A stretch of DNA of 64,000 nucleotides, taken from IMG/VR virus record IMGVR_UViG_3300032030_000016. One strand, given 5' to 3'. The notes under the pieces were generated by a model. It had not been told where the DNA came from, searched no databases, and saw nothing but the letters and a program-made list of their open reading frames with translations. This DNA comes from a virus (taxonomy: Duplodnaviria > Caudoviricetes). How positions within the stretch are numbered: the stretch's first letter is position 1; each line of letters starts with the position of its first letter. Position numbers and translations under genes: made by a program. Below, piece after piece: positions 17,384 through 27,968 of the stretch.

Positions 17384-20116
17384 ATGAAAAAAAACCAGCA
17401 ATATTATGTGCTGAAATTAAACACTTCATATCTTAAAAAACATAAATATAAAATTGACGTTTTATTTAATGAAGCTGTCTCATTAAATCAGGTTGTTTCT
17501 GTTGGTGATTCTGCTATTTTGAGAGAAATTAGAAGATTAACAAATCATAATATTGATTTAAAAGAAATTGACGAATGGTTTAATTTAAGAAAAAAAATTA
17601 AAGCAAGAGCAAAATCAAAAGAAAACGCCAGACAAATTATTGAATTAACTAAAAAAATCAATGATGCATTATATATTCCAGAATATGTCTCAATTGTTGT
17701 CGATAATGTCTCACATTATGAATATATTAATCAAAATTCTTTAATAATCAATAATAAAGAATATGTGAGGCTTTTGTGTTCATCTGGTGGTGCAAGACAT
17801 AATACCGTAGTATTTATTGATAAAAACTTATATGAATATTTAGATAAATTCATTACTAATGGCTCTCATGACTTTGAACTATCTCCTGCAAAATACAATG
17901 CTTATTATGCTTTATGTTCATCTGCTTCAATACCTGTTTCATGGATAAATTTTTGTGTTGTAAAAGATTGTATTATTACTAGAAAAACAAAAGTTGAGTA
18001 TGTTCATGAATCAAATGAAGCAGGTATTGACGATTCTGTTGTTGAAGAAGAAATTGATTGTGAGTTCAACTTATGGGATGGCATGGGAATAATTTCACCT
18101 GAAGGAGCAAAAAAATGGGCAGAAGATTTAGAATTAGATTATCTTCCGTCCGCTTTTTGTTTAAGAAATTCTTTTCTTAAGGGAATGGTTTGTGTTTTTG
18201 ACATTCAAAAATTTTTAAAAGAAAAATCAGAAATTACAACCATTACAGACGTTTGGGGAAATGATGTTGATTTATCTAAAATTGACATGATTTTAACAGA
18301 ATCACAACTAAAACTTTGGAAAGCATATACTTCAATTGATGAATATATAGAATGTTGTTATCAAAATGGATATACTTTTTCAATTACAAAAGTAACACCA
18401 AAGTATGATAGAGATTATGCTTATTTAAATTATCAATTTATTCAGGCAACCCACCAAACAGAATCTTCTATTAAAGAATTATGTAAAGATACAATTGAAT
18501 ATTTTAAAAAATTAGTTTATGACGATAATGATTATTTGAGAATTTATTGTCTTGGAAAAAGCACTGAAAATCCAACTATAACAAAAGAATTTTTTTATTC
18601 ATTGCAAAATCAAGCAAAAGCTGTTCTTTTATGTGATAAATTTATAGATGATCCATATGTGAGAAATTGGCTTATTCAAAGTTTAAATAAAAAAATTAAA
18701 GATTCGTATATAGGGAATATTCTTGTAAATGGTAATTTCCAAGTGGCAATATCAGACCCATATGCGCTCATGGAATATGTGTGTGGTTTAGAACCAAAAG
18801 GATTATTGCAAGAACATGAAATATTTTGTGATTATTGGGTAAAAAGAAATGTAAATAAAGTTGCTTCTATGAGAGCACCCTTAACTTGGAGATCAGAAGT
18901 AAATGTTGTAAATATAAAACAAAGTGAAGAAACTAATGAGTGGTATTCATATTTATATTCTGGATTAGTTTATAATATATTTGGTGTTGATTGTATGCTT
19001 CAAGCAGATTCAGATTTTGATTTTGATATACTTTTAACAACCAACAATCAGCAGATAATTAACGGTGCTTTTGGTGGTTTGCCTATTACATACGATAAAC
19101 ATCCCATCAAAAAAATAAAGATAAATAAAAAAGAATTATATAAATTTGATAAAAGAGCTTTTGATACAAGAATTGGATTTATTACAAATATTTCAACATC
19201 TTTATATAGTATGTTGAACAATTTTAGTAAAGAAAGTAAAGAATATAAAAAGATTATAGAAAGATTAAAGATTCTTCGTAAGTGTCAGGGCAATGAAATC
19301 GATAAAACAAAAGGAGCTAATCCAAAGCCATTCCCTATTTGGTGGACAAGAAAAACTCCTGACATTATCTTTAACACAACAGAAGATGAAGAGTTGAATA
19401 AAAAAATAATGGTTACAAAAAGACCTTATTTTATGAGATATTTATATACTGATTATAATAAAAAATATCAAAAGCATATTGAAAATTTCAATGTATATTG
19501 TATATCAAAATATGGATATGACATCAATGAATTAAAAAACTGTAAATATCAAACAGAAGAAACAATTAAATCTTTAAAAGATTTTGAATTGTTGTCGCCC
19601 TTGATAGACAACAATAGTACAATGAACTTACTATGTCATTATATGGAAAACCAAATTCAAGAAATAAAAGCATATAGAAAAAATAAGTTTGCTTATTATG
19701 AACTAATGATGTCTGATATTGATAATGAAAAAATAAAAGAATATATTGAACAAATTATTCCATATTATAATAGATTTTTGCAAATAAGAGCAAAAGATGT
19801 TATTGAACAAGATGAAATAAATTACGATATTTATGGAATGGATATAAGTTCATTAAAATTATCTATGATAAAAAATATTTCATCTAATGAAAACGAATTA
19901 TGTAATATCTGTATTCTTTTAGTATATTCAATACATCCAAATTATAAAAAAGATTTTGCATGGGATTTATTTGGTGATATAATTATAAAAAATATAATAA
20001 ATAACACTGATGGCATAGCTCATATGCCAATAAAAGATAAAAATGGTAAAACTGAATATTTATATAGTAAATATAGTTTTATTGATTTAGATTTAAAGGA
20101 ATCTTTAGAAGAATGA
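17384..20116 (+). CDS. YonO-like single-subunit RNA polymerase (double-psi barrel, cellular RdRP-related)
   Basis: WDGMG, FLKGM, LNYQFIQ, MRAP, DSDFDFD catalytic triad, IGFITN, EIDKTKG, PYFMRY; position at the head of the late region as for SPbeta yonO; start moved to the ATG after AAAGGA. Confidence 0.85.
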   Translation: MKKNQQYYVLKLNTSYLKKHKYKIDVLFNEAVSLNQVVSVGDSAILREIRRLTNHNIDLKEIDEWFNLRKKIKARAKSKENARQIIELTKKINDALYIPEYVSIVVDNVSHYEYINQNSLIINNKEYVRLLCSSGGARHNTVVFIDKNLYEYLDKFITNGSHDFELSPAKYNAYYALCSSASIPVSWINFCVVKDCIITRKTKVEYVHESNEAGIDDSVVEEEIDCEFNLWDGMGIISPEGAKKWAEDLELDYLPSAFCLRNSFLKGMVCVFDIQKFLKEKSEITTITDVWGNDVDLSKIDMILTESQLKLWKAYTSIDEYIECCYQNGYTFSITKVTPKYDRDYAYLNYQFIQATHQTESSIKELCKDTIEYFKKLVYDDNDYLRIYCLGKSTENPTITKEFFYSLQNQAKAVLLCDKFIDDPYVRNWLIQSLNKKIKDSYIGNILVNGNFQVAISDPYALMEYVCGLEPKGLLQEHEIFCDYWVKRNVNKVASMRAPLTWRSEVNVVNIKQSEETNEWYSYLYSGLVYNIFGVDCMLQADSDFDFDILLTTNNQQIINGAFGGLPITYDKHPIKKIKINKKELYKFDKRAFDTRIGFITNISTSLYSMLNNFSKESKEYKKIIERLKILRKCQGNEIDKTKGANPKPFPIWWTRKTPDIIFNTTEDEELNKKIMVTKRPYFMRYLYTDYNKKYQKHIENFNVYCISKYGYDINELKNCKYQTEETIKSLKDFELLSPLIDNNSTMNLLCHYMENQIQEIKAYRKNKFAYYELMMSDIDNEKIKEYIEQIIPYYNRFLQIRAKDVIEQDEINYDIYGMDISSLKLSMIKNISSNENELCNICILLVYSIHPNYKKDFAWDLFGDIIIKNIINNTDGIAHMPIKDKNGKTEYLYSKYSFIDLDLKESLEE

Positions 20117-20868
20117 AAATGATTTTAGATGAATATGAATATGTTCAAAAAATGATAAAAGAAAAGAGATTCTTAGATAAACCAATGTCATCCACGGATA
20201 TAAATATTTTAGCAAAATATTATCGTTGGCATGAAGGATTGACTGGAATCAAGTTAAGAGACGAAGTGGTAAATTTTTGTAAAAAAGCAACAAATATTTA
20301 TAATAACATATCATATGAATCGAGAATTGATTATGCTTGTAATTTATCAAAAAAATTAAAATTAAGAATTCCGAAATCAATATATTTAACATTAACAGAA
20401 GTTGATATTATAAGAAATATTGATTTAAATGAAAATGTTAAAAAAACTCTTTTTGGAATGTTATGTTTATCAAAATATTATAAAACAACATCCATAAGAA
20501 TTACAAAAAATGAAAAAGATGTTATTTCTGATAAACTTTTTTATAATAGACCTATATCTGATGTTTTATTATTAATGAAAATAAGGCTGAATAAGGCACA
20601 AAAATATGGGTTAATGTATGATCTTCAACATAGTAAACTTGTGAATGCCAGATATAATGGTAATTACGAAATTTTATTTCATGATATTATAGGGGAAGAA
20701 AAATATGAAATAAAGTATATAGAAGAAATTCTTATGTATTATGAAATAATTATAAAAAACAAAGAAAATCTTTCTATTTGTTCAAAATGCGGAAAGCCAA
20801 TGTTTATATATAATACACACAAAAGTAGACAAGTTGTAGAACCTGTTTGTAAAGATTGTAAAATATAA
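20113..20868 (+). CDS. hypothetical protein coupled to the RNAP gene, C-terminal Zn ribbon
   Basis: ATGA overlap; CSKCGK...CKDC. Confidence 0.75.
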   Translation: MKMILDEYEYVQKMIKEKRFLDKPMSSTDINILAKYYRWHEGLTGIKLRDEVVNFCKKATNIYNNISYESRIDYACNLSKKLKLRIPKSIYLTLTEVDIIRNIDLNENVKKTLFGMLCLSKYYKTTSIRITKNEKDVISDKLFYNRPISDVLLLMKIRLNKAQKYGLMYDLQHSKLVNARYNGNYEILFHDIIGEEKYEIKYIEEILMYYEIIIKNKENLSICSKCGKPMFIYNTHKSRQVVEPVCKDCKI

Positions 20869-20873
20869 AAATA

Positions 20874-20927
20874 AAATCGCAAAAGTGCAGTACTTTTGCA
20901 CTTTTGCGATTTGTTTCTTTAATGAAA
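20874..20927 (+). promoter_or_regulatory. dyad motif copy 1 (candidate late promoter or recombinase site)
   Basis: AAATCGCAAAAGTGCA-GTACTTT-TGCACTTTTGCGATTT; TGCACTTTT-N15-AATGAAA. Confidence 0.6.
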
Positions 20928-20972
20928 GGAACCCCGGGTGGGGCCTACGGAGGAAAGGATGTATAATATTCA

Positions 20973-22172
20973 ATGATTGACAAAACTAAATATTATAACT
21001 TATATAATACAGGAATAACAAAAGAAGAATTGATTTTTGAAATGGGAAAAGATAAAGAAACCTATGGATATGATTGGGAATCATGTTCTGAAATATTAAA
21101 TCAAATTCTTGAAAAAAATGTAGACCCTGAAAGCTATAGAAAAAGATATGGGGAAATAAAAAGATTCTACGAAATTTTCCAAACAAAAATTCGTCAAGAA
21201 ACAAATGAAGATATTCTTAAAGAAATAGAACAAAGACAGGAAGAATTAAAAAAAGAAAAATATAAATTTTTTGATGCAAGAAATGAATATAATGCCCTTT
21301 TAAGAAAAAGAGCAAGACAGGAAGAAATTAATAATATTATTGTTGATTCAATAAATTCTCTTGATAAAAATAATTTTAAATTAAAAAAATCTATTCCTGC
21401 AACAAAAGAAGAAACGATGATTATCCCATTAAATGACTTACATTGTGGTTATAAAATTGAATCTATTTTGGGTAAATATGATGAAATAATTTTGAAAGAA
21501 AGAATTGAAAAATATTTATCTGAAATTATACAAATTCAAAATCAACATCATTGTGAAAGAGCTGTTGTGCTTGGTGGAGGAGATTTAATTAGTGGGAATA
21601 TTCATGCTGAAATTAAAAGAAGTAATAATCTAAACGTTATTGAACAGCTTATTACTGTGTCAGAATATATATCAAATTTTTTGGCAGAATTGTCTACTAT
21701 ATTTAAAACAGTTTCATTTTTGTCTGTATCTGGTAATCACTCTCGTATTGAAAAATATAAAGATTCTATTAAAGAAGAACGTCTTGATGATATTGTTGAA
21801 TGGTATTTAAAAGCAAATTTATCAAGATTTAACAATATTGAATTTGATAATTATATTAATGCTGATGCAACAATTAAAATTTTTGAAGTATATGAAAAAT
21901 CATATATATTGATTCATGGTGATTATGACGATAATAATAATGGGTTAATTTTACAGAAACTTGCAAATAGACCTATTACTGCGATATTTTCTGGGCATTA
22001 TCATCATAATGAAGTAGTTACGAAAAATGAAATCAAGTTTATTATGAGCGGTTCATTTATTGGAACTGATAACTTTACAATTCAAAAAAGAATTGTTGCT
22101 CATCCTGAACAGTTGATAACAATACTTGACAAAAACGGTGTTTGCTGTTATTATGATATTGACTTATTATGA
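20973..22172 (+). CDS. calcineurin-like metallophosphoesterase (YonJ-like)
   Basis: DLH, GD, GNH, HGD, GHYH motifs. Confidence 0.88.
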   Translation: MIDKTKYYNLYNTGITKEELIFEMGKDKETYGYDWESCSEILNQILEKNVDPESYRKRYGEIKRFYEIFQTKIRQETNEDILKEIEQRQEELKKEKYKFFDARNEYNALLRKRARQEEINNIIVDSINSLDKNNFKLKKSIPATKEETMIIPLNDLHCGYKIESILGKYDEIILKERIEKYLSEIIQIQNQHHCERAVVLGGGDLISGNIHAEIKRSNNLNVIEQLITVSEYISNFLAELSTIFKTVSFLSVSGNHSRIEKYKDSIKEERLDDIVEWYLKANLSRFNNIEFDNYINADATIKIFEVYEKSYILIHGDYDDNNNGLILQKLANRPITAIFSGHYHHNEVVTKNEIKFIMSGSFIGTDNFTIQKRIVAHPEQLITILDKNGVCCYYDIDLL

Positions 22173-22501
22173 GTACAAAAAATGAAGAAAAACAAATGCT
22201 CGTCAAACAAACAACAATAGATGTTGCAAAAAAAACATCTAAAAGATTCAATGGTATAAATACACCAGAAATTAAAATGATAATTGACGAGACTTTTAAT
22301 GTAATAAAAGAAATGATTCTTGATGGTGATTATGTTGTTATACAAGGATTAGGGGTTTTTTATACAGACTATCTTGATGAAGTTGATATAAAAGACCCAA
22401 GAAATAATGATATAATTCATTTTCAAAGAAGAAAAGTTCCACGCTTTTATTTTTCAAGAAATTTTAAAAAACAAATAAAAACATTTGATGAAAAGAAATA
22501 A
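22169..22501 (+). CDS. HU/IHF-like DNA-binding protein
   Basis: IQGLGVF...DPRN...VPRFYFSRNFK. Confidence 0.8.
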   Translation: MSTKNEEKQMLVKQTTIDVAKKTSKRFNGINTPEIKMIIDETFNVIKEMILDGDYVVIQGLGVFYTDYLDEVDIKDPRNNDIIHFQRRKVPRFYFSRNFKKQIKTFDEKK

Positions 22502-22505
22502 AACT

Positions 22506-22826
22506 ATGGGATTAATAGAAAAAAAGGAAAAAATAAAAAAAGAAAAATCTCAATCCATGAAATTGAATAAAAAGAAAATTATTCAATATATAGCAGATAA
22601 GACATATGATAATGAAGACAAAATTGGTTACTATTTTGATTCCATTTTTTATGGCATATCTTTAGCTTTACAAGAAGGGTATGAGGTTCCTATTGCTGAT
22701 TTTGGTAAGTTTTACACAAAAAAAAGACATGTAAACAATCAAAGTATTGGGTTTGTTGGTGATATAAAGAAGATATTTTTTAAACCAACTAAAAAATTAA
22801 AAAAACTTATAAATAATAATGAATAA
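22506..22826 (+). CDS. HU/IHF-like DNA-binding protein
   Basis: IADFGKF...IFFKPTKKLK. Confidence 0.78.
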   Translation: MGLIEKKEKIKKEKSQSMKLNKKKIIQYIADKTYDNEDKIGYYFDSIFYGISLALQEGYEVPIADFGKFYTKKRHVNNQSIGFVGDIKKIFFKPTKKLKKLINNNE

Positions 22827-22835
22827 AAAGAAAGA

Positions 22836-22870
22836 AAAAAAGGAGATGAGCATTAATCAACTCCTTTTTT
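22836..22870 (+). terminator. putative intrinsic terminator/attenuator
   Basis: AAAAAAGGAG...CTCCTTTTTT stem with T tract. Confidence 0.5.
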
Positions 22871-22892
22871 ATTTAAAAGAAAGGAGTGTTAT

Positions 22893-24140
22893 ATGGCTAG
22901 ACCAAAAGGTATGGTCATTACAAAAAAAGAAAAAAGTAGTGACAATGCTGAAATGATTCAATCTGAAATAGACGCTCTTTCTCAAAAAATACAAGAAAAG
23001 GGTAATATAAAAGAAGTTGATGAAAAAATAATTGTTTTTGCTTGCCCTCGATGTGGTGAAACATCTAAAAATAGTTTCTACCCATCGTATAATAAAACAA
23101 ATATAATTTCAAAAAAAACTATTTATTGTAAAAAATGTATTGATGAAATATATAATGAATCACTACAATTATTTAAAAATGATAAAATAGCTATTACAAA
23201 TGTTTGTCAAATATTAAATATTCCTTTTGATGAACGAATATATAATTCATGTAAAGAACTTGAAGACGAAGAAATTGACAAGTCATTAATAAAAACGTAT
23301 TTTGAAAAAATTTCTGTATATAAATCTATTTATAATATTGGTGATTCATATGCAGATGGTGATACATTTTTTATAAAAGATAGTATTATTTCTAATGATG
23401 AATATAGTCAATATAAAGATAATATTGATAAACAACAAGAATACTTACAGCAAGTAAAAAAAACTGATGAAACAGTAAAAAGGAATAAAGAAGATGTTAT
23501 AAGAATTGTTGGAGCTGACCCGTTTGAAAACTATCCTCCTGAAGATGCCACTGAACTATATGCTTCTTTATTAGATTTTTTAGATGAAGATGTTGATCCA
23601 CCAAGATTTTTATTAAACATATATATAGAAATTATAAAGAATTTCTATTTATTAGATAAAATTAATGAAGAAATGCTTATTCAAACATCTGATTCCGAAA
23701 ATTTATTTGCTAATGCAAAACAAATTAAAACATTAAATGATACAAAAACCACAATACAGAATACAATTAATAGGATTGCTTCTGATAATCAAATTAGTTT
23801 AAAAACCGCTAAAGATAAAGGCGATAAGAGTAAAAAGTTTACATATATTATAAGAAAATTAATGGAATATGATGATTTAGATGATGTAAAGTCAAATGTT
23901 TTTGATATAAAAACATCAAAAGCAATGGCTGAAGTTGAAAAACAAAGTTTTGGCAATATGATTTCACAACTTAATATTGAAGAGAACGATTATATAAACG
24001 TTCTTGCCAATCAAAGAAATAGGATTGCTGAATTAGAAAGTGAACTATTGAAAACAAAAGAAAAAAATCGTGCCAAAACAAAACGAATAAATAAACTTGA
24101 AGAACGCTTAAAAAGTTTGAGTGAGAAAAATGAAGAATAA
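22893..24140 (+). CDS. Zn-finger protein upstream of the terminase (YonG-like; candidate small terminase)
   Basis: CPRCG...CKKC; position; helical/coiled-coil C-terminus. Confidence 0.6.
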   Translation: MARPKGMVITKKEKSSDNAEMIQSEIDALSQKIQEKGNIKEVDEKIIVFACPRCGETSKNSFYPSYNKTNIISKKTIYCKKCIDEIYNESLQLFKNDKIAITNVCQILNIPFDERIYNSCKELEDEEIDKSLIKTYFEKISVYKSIYNIGDSYADGDTFFIKDSIISNDEYSQYKDNIDKQQEYLQQVKKTDETVKRNKEDVIRIVGADPFENYPPEDATELYASLLDFLDEDVDPPRFLLNIYIEIIKNFYLLDKINEEMLIQTSDSENLFANAKQIKTLNDTKTTIQNTINRIASDNQISLKTAKDKGDKSKKFTYIIRKLMEYDDLDDVKSNVFDIKTSKAMAEVEKQSFGNMISQLNIEENDYINVLANQRNRIAELESELLKTKEKNRAKTKRINKLEERLKSLSEKNEE

Positions 24141-25977
24141 TATTATTACGTCTAAATCATTTTATAGTTTATCACAAAGAAAACAAGACCATTATGAACA
24201 ATATATTAAACTTTTAAAATGGGGTAGAAAATATCCAATACGTTTTATTGAAACATTTTTCAATGTTGAATTATTAGACTACCAGAAATATTTAATTTCA
24301 AAAACATGGGTTGCGGATAACTCATTATGGCTAATGTGTCGTAATGGCTCAAAAACAACATGTTTATCTTTTTATACTTTAGCAAGATGTATTTTATTTC
24401 CAGATACAGAAGCATGGCTTATATCAAGAACTGGTTCGCAATCAAAAGAGTTATACGGCAAAATGGAAAAAATGGCAAAGAAGAGTCTTCCTTCATTTCC
24501 TAATTTAAGTGATTTTATTCTTGATGAGAGTGAAAAGATTCTCCATGATGACCAATCATATGAATGGACTTTCCCAAATAAAAGTTCCATACATACGTTA
24601 AATGGTATTCCAGATAATGCTCGTGGACATCGTTCCACGTTGAACATTTATGATGAAAGCGCATTTATCACCGAAGAACTCTTTAAAGCAACAGAACCTT
24701 TCCTACTTCAAGACTCAACATTTGTTACTGGTGTAAATCTTGAAGAAAGACCAGACCCACCGGGGAATCAAAGAATATTTGCCAGTTCTGCTGGTGATGT
24801 TGATAGTTATTTTTATTCTCAATATCGTGATTATTTTTTGAGAATGATGGGTGGAGATAGTAGATATTTTGTTGCTAATATTGATGCAGATATGCTGTTT
24901 GATGCCACAATGAATGGCAAAGTATATCCTGTTTCACTAATTAAAAAAGAAGATGTAAAAAGAGATTTACAAAAAGAACCAGCTAAAGCAAATAGAGAAT
25001 ACTATAATAAATTCGATTCTGATGGTGGAATTAATCAAGTATTTAGACGGTCTTTATTGATAAAAAATTCAGAACAACGTGCACCTATTCTTTTTAATAA
25101 AGATGGAGATAAGCGTTTTATTCTCGCTTATGATCCTGCAAGAACATATGATAATAGTATTGTTGCTATTGCAGAAATAAAAGAACATCCTAATGGTGGT
25201 TATAAAGCAGAAATATGTAATTGCATATCACTTATTGACACCAGAGTAAAAAAGAAAAAGCCAGAAACCACACCAGATCAAGTACAAGCTATAAAAAAAA
25301 TGCTATTAGATTATAATGGTTGGAATATACCTGATTATGAAAATATAGATAGTTTGTGTGTTGATGCTGGCCCGGGAGGCGGGGGTATGATAATAGCAGA
25401 CCTTTTTATGGAGAATTGGATAGGAGAGGATGGAACAGAGCATAAAGGACTTATTGATCCTCAAATTAGTAGTGATTATGTCTCTCGATTCCCACAAGCA
25501 ATCCATAAATTAAAACTTGTTGAACCTACTAAAATGAAACGGATTGCTTTTGATAACCTAAGAGAACTTCTTGCTCAAGGTAGAATTACTTTTACTGAAG
25601 AATTTAAAAAAGGAAATTCTACTATTACTATAGTTGAAAAAACACCAAAAGGGAAAGACAAAACAATAGAGAAGACAGTTTCAACTGAAGAGGCGTTGGC
25701 ACTTATCAATATTGAACTAATGAAAGGTGAACTGGTTAATATTTATCGTAAAGATACAACTAATGGGTACACATATGATTTAAATCCTGAACTAAAAGGA
25801 AGAAATTTCGATGATAGAGCATATGTTTGTGCTTTAATAGCATTAAGATTATCCGAGATAAATAGAGCAAAATTAAATAAAAATCCAAATAACTTTAATT
25901 ATGCAAATTTCATTTATGGAACTTCAAGTGGTTCAAAAAAAACAAATATTTTTGGAAGTTCATTTAATGGATTTTGA
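24130..25977 (+). CDS. terL: terminase large subunit
   Basis: CRNGSKTT Walker A variant, IYDES Walker B, ASSA, AYDPAR and DDRAY nuclease motifs. Confidence 0.9.
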   Translation: MKNNIITSKSFYSLSQRKQDHYEQYIKLLKWGRKYPIRFIETFFNVELLDYQKYLISKTWVADNSLWLMCRNGSKTTCLSFYTLARCILFPDTEAWLISRTGSQSKELYGKMEKMAKKSLPSFPNLSDFILDESEKILHDDQSYEWTFPNKSSIHTLNGIPDNARGHRSTLNIYDESAFITEELFKATEPFLLQDSTFVTGVNLEERPDPPGNQRIFASSAGDVDSYFYSQYRDYFLRMMGGDSRYFVANIDADMLFDATMNGKVYPVSLIKKEDVKRDLQKEPAKANREYYNKFDSDGGINQVFRRSLLIKNSEQRAPILFNKDGDKRFILAYDPARTYDNSIVAIAEIKEHPNGGYKAEICNCISLIDTRVKKKKPETTPDQVQAIKKMLLDYNGWNIPDYENIDSLCVDAGPGGGGMIIADLFMENWIGEDGTEHKGLIDPQISSDYVSRFPQAIHKLKLVEPTKMKRIAFDNLRELLAQGRITFTEEFKKGNSTITIVEKTPKGKDKTIEKTVSTEEALALINIELMKGELVNIYRKDTTNGYTYDLNPELKGRNFDDRAYVCALIALRLSEINRAKLNKNPNNFNYANFIYGTSSGSKKTNIFGSSFNGF

Positions 25978-26010
25978 TAAAAAATTTTATAAAGAAAGGA
26001 GGGTAAAAAA

Positions 26011-27816
26011 TTGAAAAAATCTTCCGAAAAAAAAGAAAACACAAAAAATAAAGAAGTAATTTTAACAGAATCACAAAAACAATGGGCAAACTTATTTTCT
26101 CAAATTAAACAATTTCATCCTAATGAAAATTTTCAGCAGAGATATTTAAAAACATATCCAATAAATATCAATGGTATGAGTGAAGCATTTATTGGCAATG
26201 CTATTATGATGAATGAAAGACTGAAAAAGTTAAATACTTTTCCAGCTAAATACGATAAAGCAAAAATACAAGAAATGTTAGCTAATCCACAAAACTATGA
26301 AATGGATTTACGTGCTTTATCACGTTATGTTTATAATACACTTACACCAATATACAAACAAGTAAATTTATATGCGGATATACTGACATATCGAACTTAT
26401 GTAAATATATCTGAAATTAAAAGTCAATCAAAACTTATTAAAGAATATAATCGAATTTCTAATTTTTTGAGAAATTTTGACCCCGAAAGAACATTTAGAA
26501 AAACAACATTATGTACTGTATTGGATGGTAAATCTTTTTGGTATTTAAGAACAGACAGAGGAGAAGATAATATTTGTTTGCAACAGTTGCCATCTGATTA
26601 TGTAAAAATAACAGGAATAACAAATAGAGGATTTCAAATTGCTTTTAATATGGTTTATTTCCTTGATCCTGCAAATAGTGTTCTTTTTTTCCCTCCTGAA
26701 TTTAAGGAATATTTGAATAAGTTTTATGGATATTATAATAAAAATACCAAAGTGTTTGATTTAGATAAATTTGAAAAAGCTGGAATAGAAGATGTCATTG
26801 CTTTTCAAGAACAATCTTCTTTATATTTTTGGCAATTTCTTGATATTAATAAATCATTTGTTTTTAGTATAGATGAAAGCACATTTGATACAGCCCCAGC
26901 TTTAATGGCAAGTTTTGGTTCCGCTATTGAATTAGATAAATATAGAGCACTTGAACAAGAATTATTGAGTTTACCATTACAAGCATTACTTACTTCTGAA
27001 ATAGAAATAAGTGATAAAAATCTTTCTGGAATATATAGTGATGATACTGCCATTACACCTGATATGGTTGCATTATTTACTGAATTATTGCAACAAAAAA
27101 TGCCACAAACTGTATCAGCGATTGCAGCACCTTTTAAAAATTTTAAACTTCATGAATTTGAACATGTTGATACAAAAGATTCCGTTTTAGGTGATGCTTT
27201 AAAAAACTATTATATTCAAAGTGGTGTTAATTCCCTAATCTCAACAAGTGAAAAGCCAACTCTTAGCCAAACAAGAGCTTCTGAAAAAATTGAGGCGCGA
27301 TATATAGATAAATTATATAATCAATATCAATCTTGTTTGAACAGTATTATAAAAACATTTAAATTAAAAAATGAATTTTCTATTCATATCGAAGGTGATG
27401 TTTTTTCAGATGATTCCGAATATTCTAAAGTGAAAGAAGCAGTACAAAATGGTCAAACAGACCTTATTCCGAAACAACAAAGTTTCTTCTCTTCACATGT
27501 TGATGAAGCATTAGCAACAAGACAATTTATGGAAAAATGTGACTATCAAGGAAGTCTAGCACAAAAAAATATATCTATACAACAAAAACAAAGTACAGGA
27601 AATCCAGTAGGAAGACCATCTTCTAATGTTGATGAAGTTACCTCTGAAAATACAGCAATATCAATAGAACAAGGAACAAACACAGTTGAAGGCAGAGAAG
27701 TAACTAAAACATCTGAAACAACAACAAATACTGAAGAAACTTTTGCTAAATTATTTTCGCAAATGAGCGAAGACGAAATTGAGGACATAAAGGATTTTTT
27801 GAATGAAAATTATTAA
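26011..27816 (+). CDS. portal protein (YonE-like)
   Basis: Follows terL; size; GRP C-terminal motif. Confidence 0.75.
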   Translation: MKKSSEKKENTKNKEVILTESQKQWANLFSQIKQFHPNENFQQRYLKTYPININGMSEAFIGNAIMMNERLKKLNTFPAKYDKAKIQEMLANPQNYEMDLRALSRYVYNTLTPIYKQVNLYADILTYRTYVNISEIKSQSKLIKEYNRISNFLRNFDPERTFRKTTLCTVLDGKSFWYLRTDRGEDNICLQQLPSDYVKITGITNRGFQIAFNMVYFLDPANSVLFFPPEFKEYLNKFYGYYNKNTKVFDLDKFEKAGIEDVIAFQEQSSLYFWQFLDINKSFVFSIDESTFDTAPALMASFGSAIELDKYRALEQELLSLPLQALLTSEIEISDKNLSGIYSDDTAITPDMVALFTELLQQKMPQTVSAIAAPFKNFKLHEFEHVDTKDSVLGDALKNYYIQSGVNSLISTSEKPTLSQTRASEKIEARYIDKLYNQYQSCLNSIIKTFKLKNEFSIHIEGDVFSDDSEYSKVKEAVQNGQTDLIPKQQSFFSSHVDEALATRQFMEKCDYQGSLAQKNISIQQKQSTGNPVGRPSSNVDEVTSENTAISIEQGTNTVEGREVTKTSETTTNTEETFAKLFSQMSEDEIEDIKDFLNENY

Positions 27817-27964
27817 TTTAAAACAATTATTTTGTAAACATGATGATATAGCATGGAGTAAAACAAAAATAATGAGTTATCCTGAAATTTATCGTGGTGT
27901 TTGTAAAAAATGCGGCAAAAAATGTAGTAAAATCGGTAAAGATGGTGAAATTGTATGGGAATAA
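27803..27964 (+). CDS. small Cys/His protein (53 aa)
   Basis: Manually translated MKIINLKQLFCKHDD...VCKKCGK...WE. Confidence 0.55.
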   Translation: MKIINLKQLFCKHDDIAWSKTKIMSYPEIYRGVCKKCGKKCSKIGKDGEIVWE

Positions 27965-27968
27965 AATA

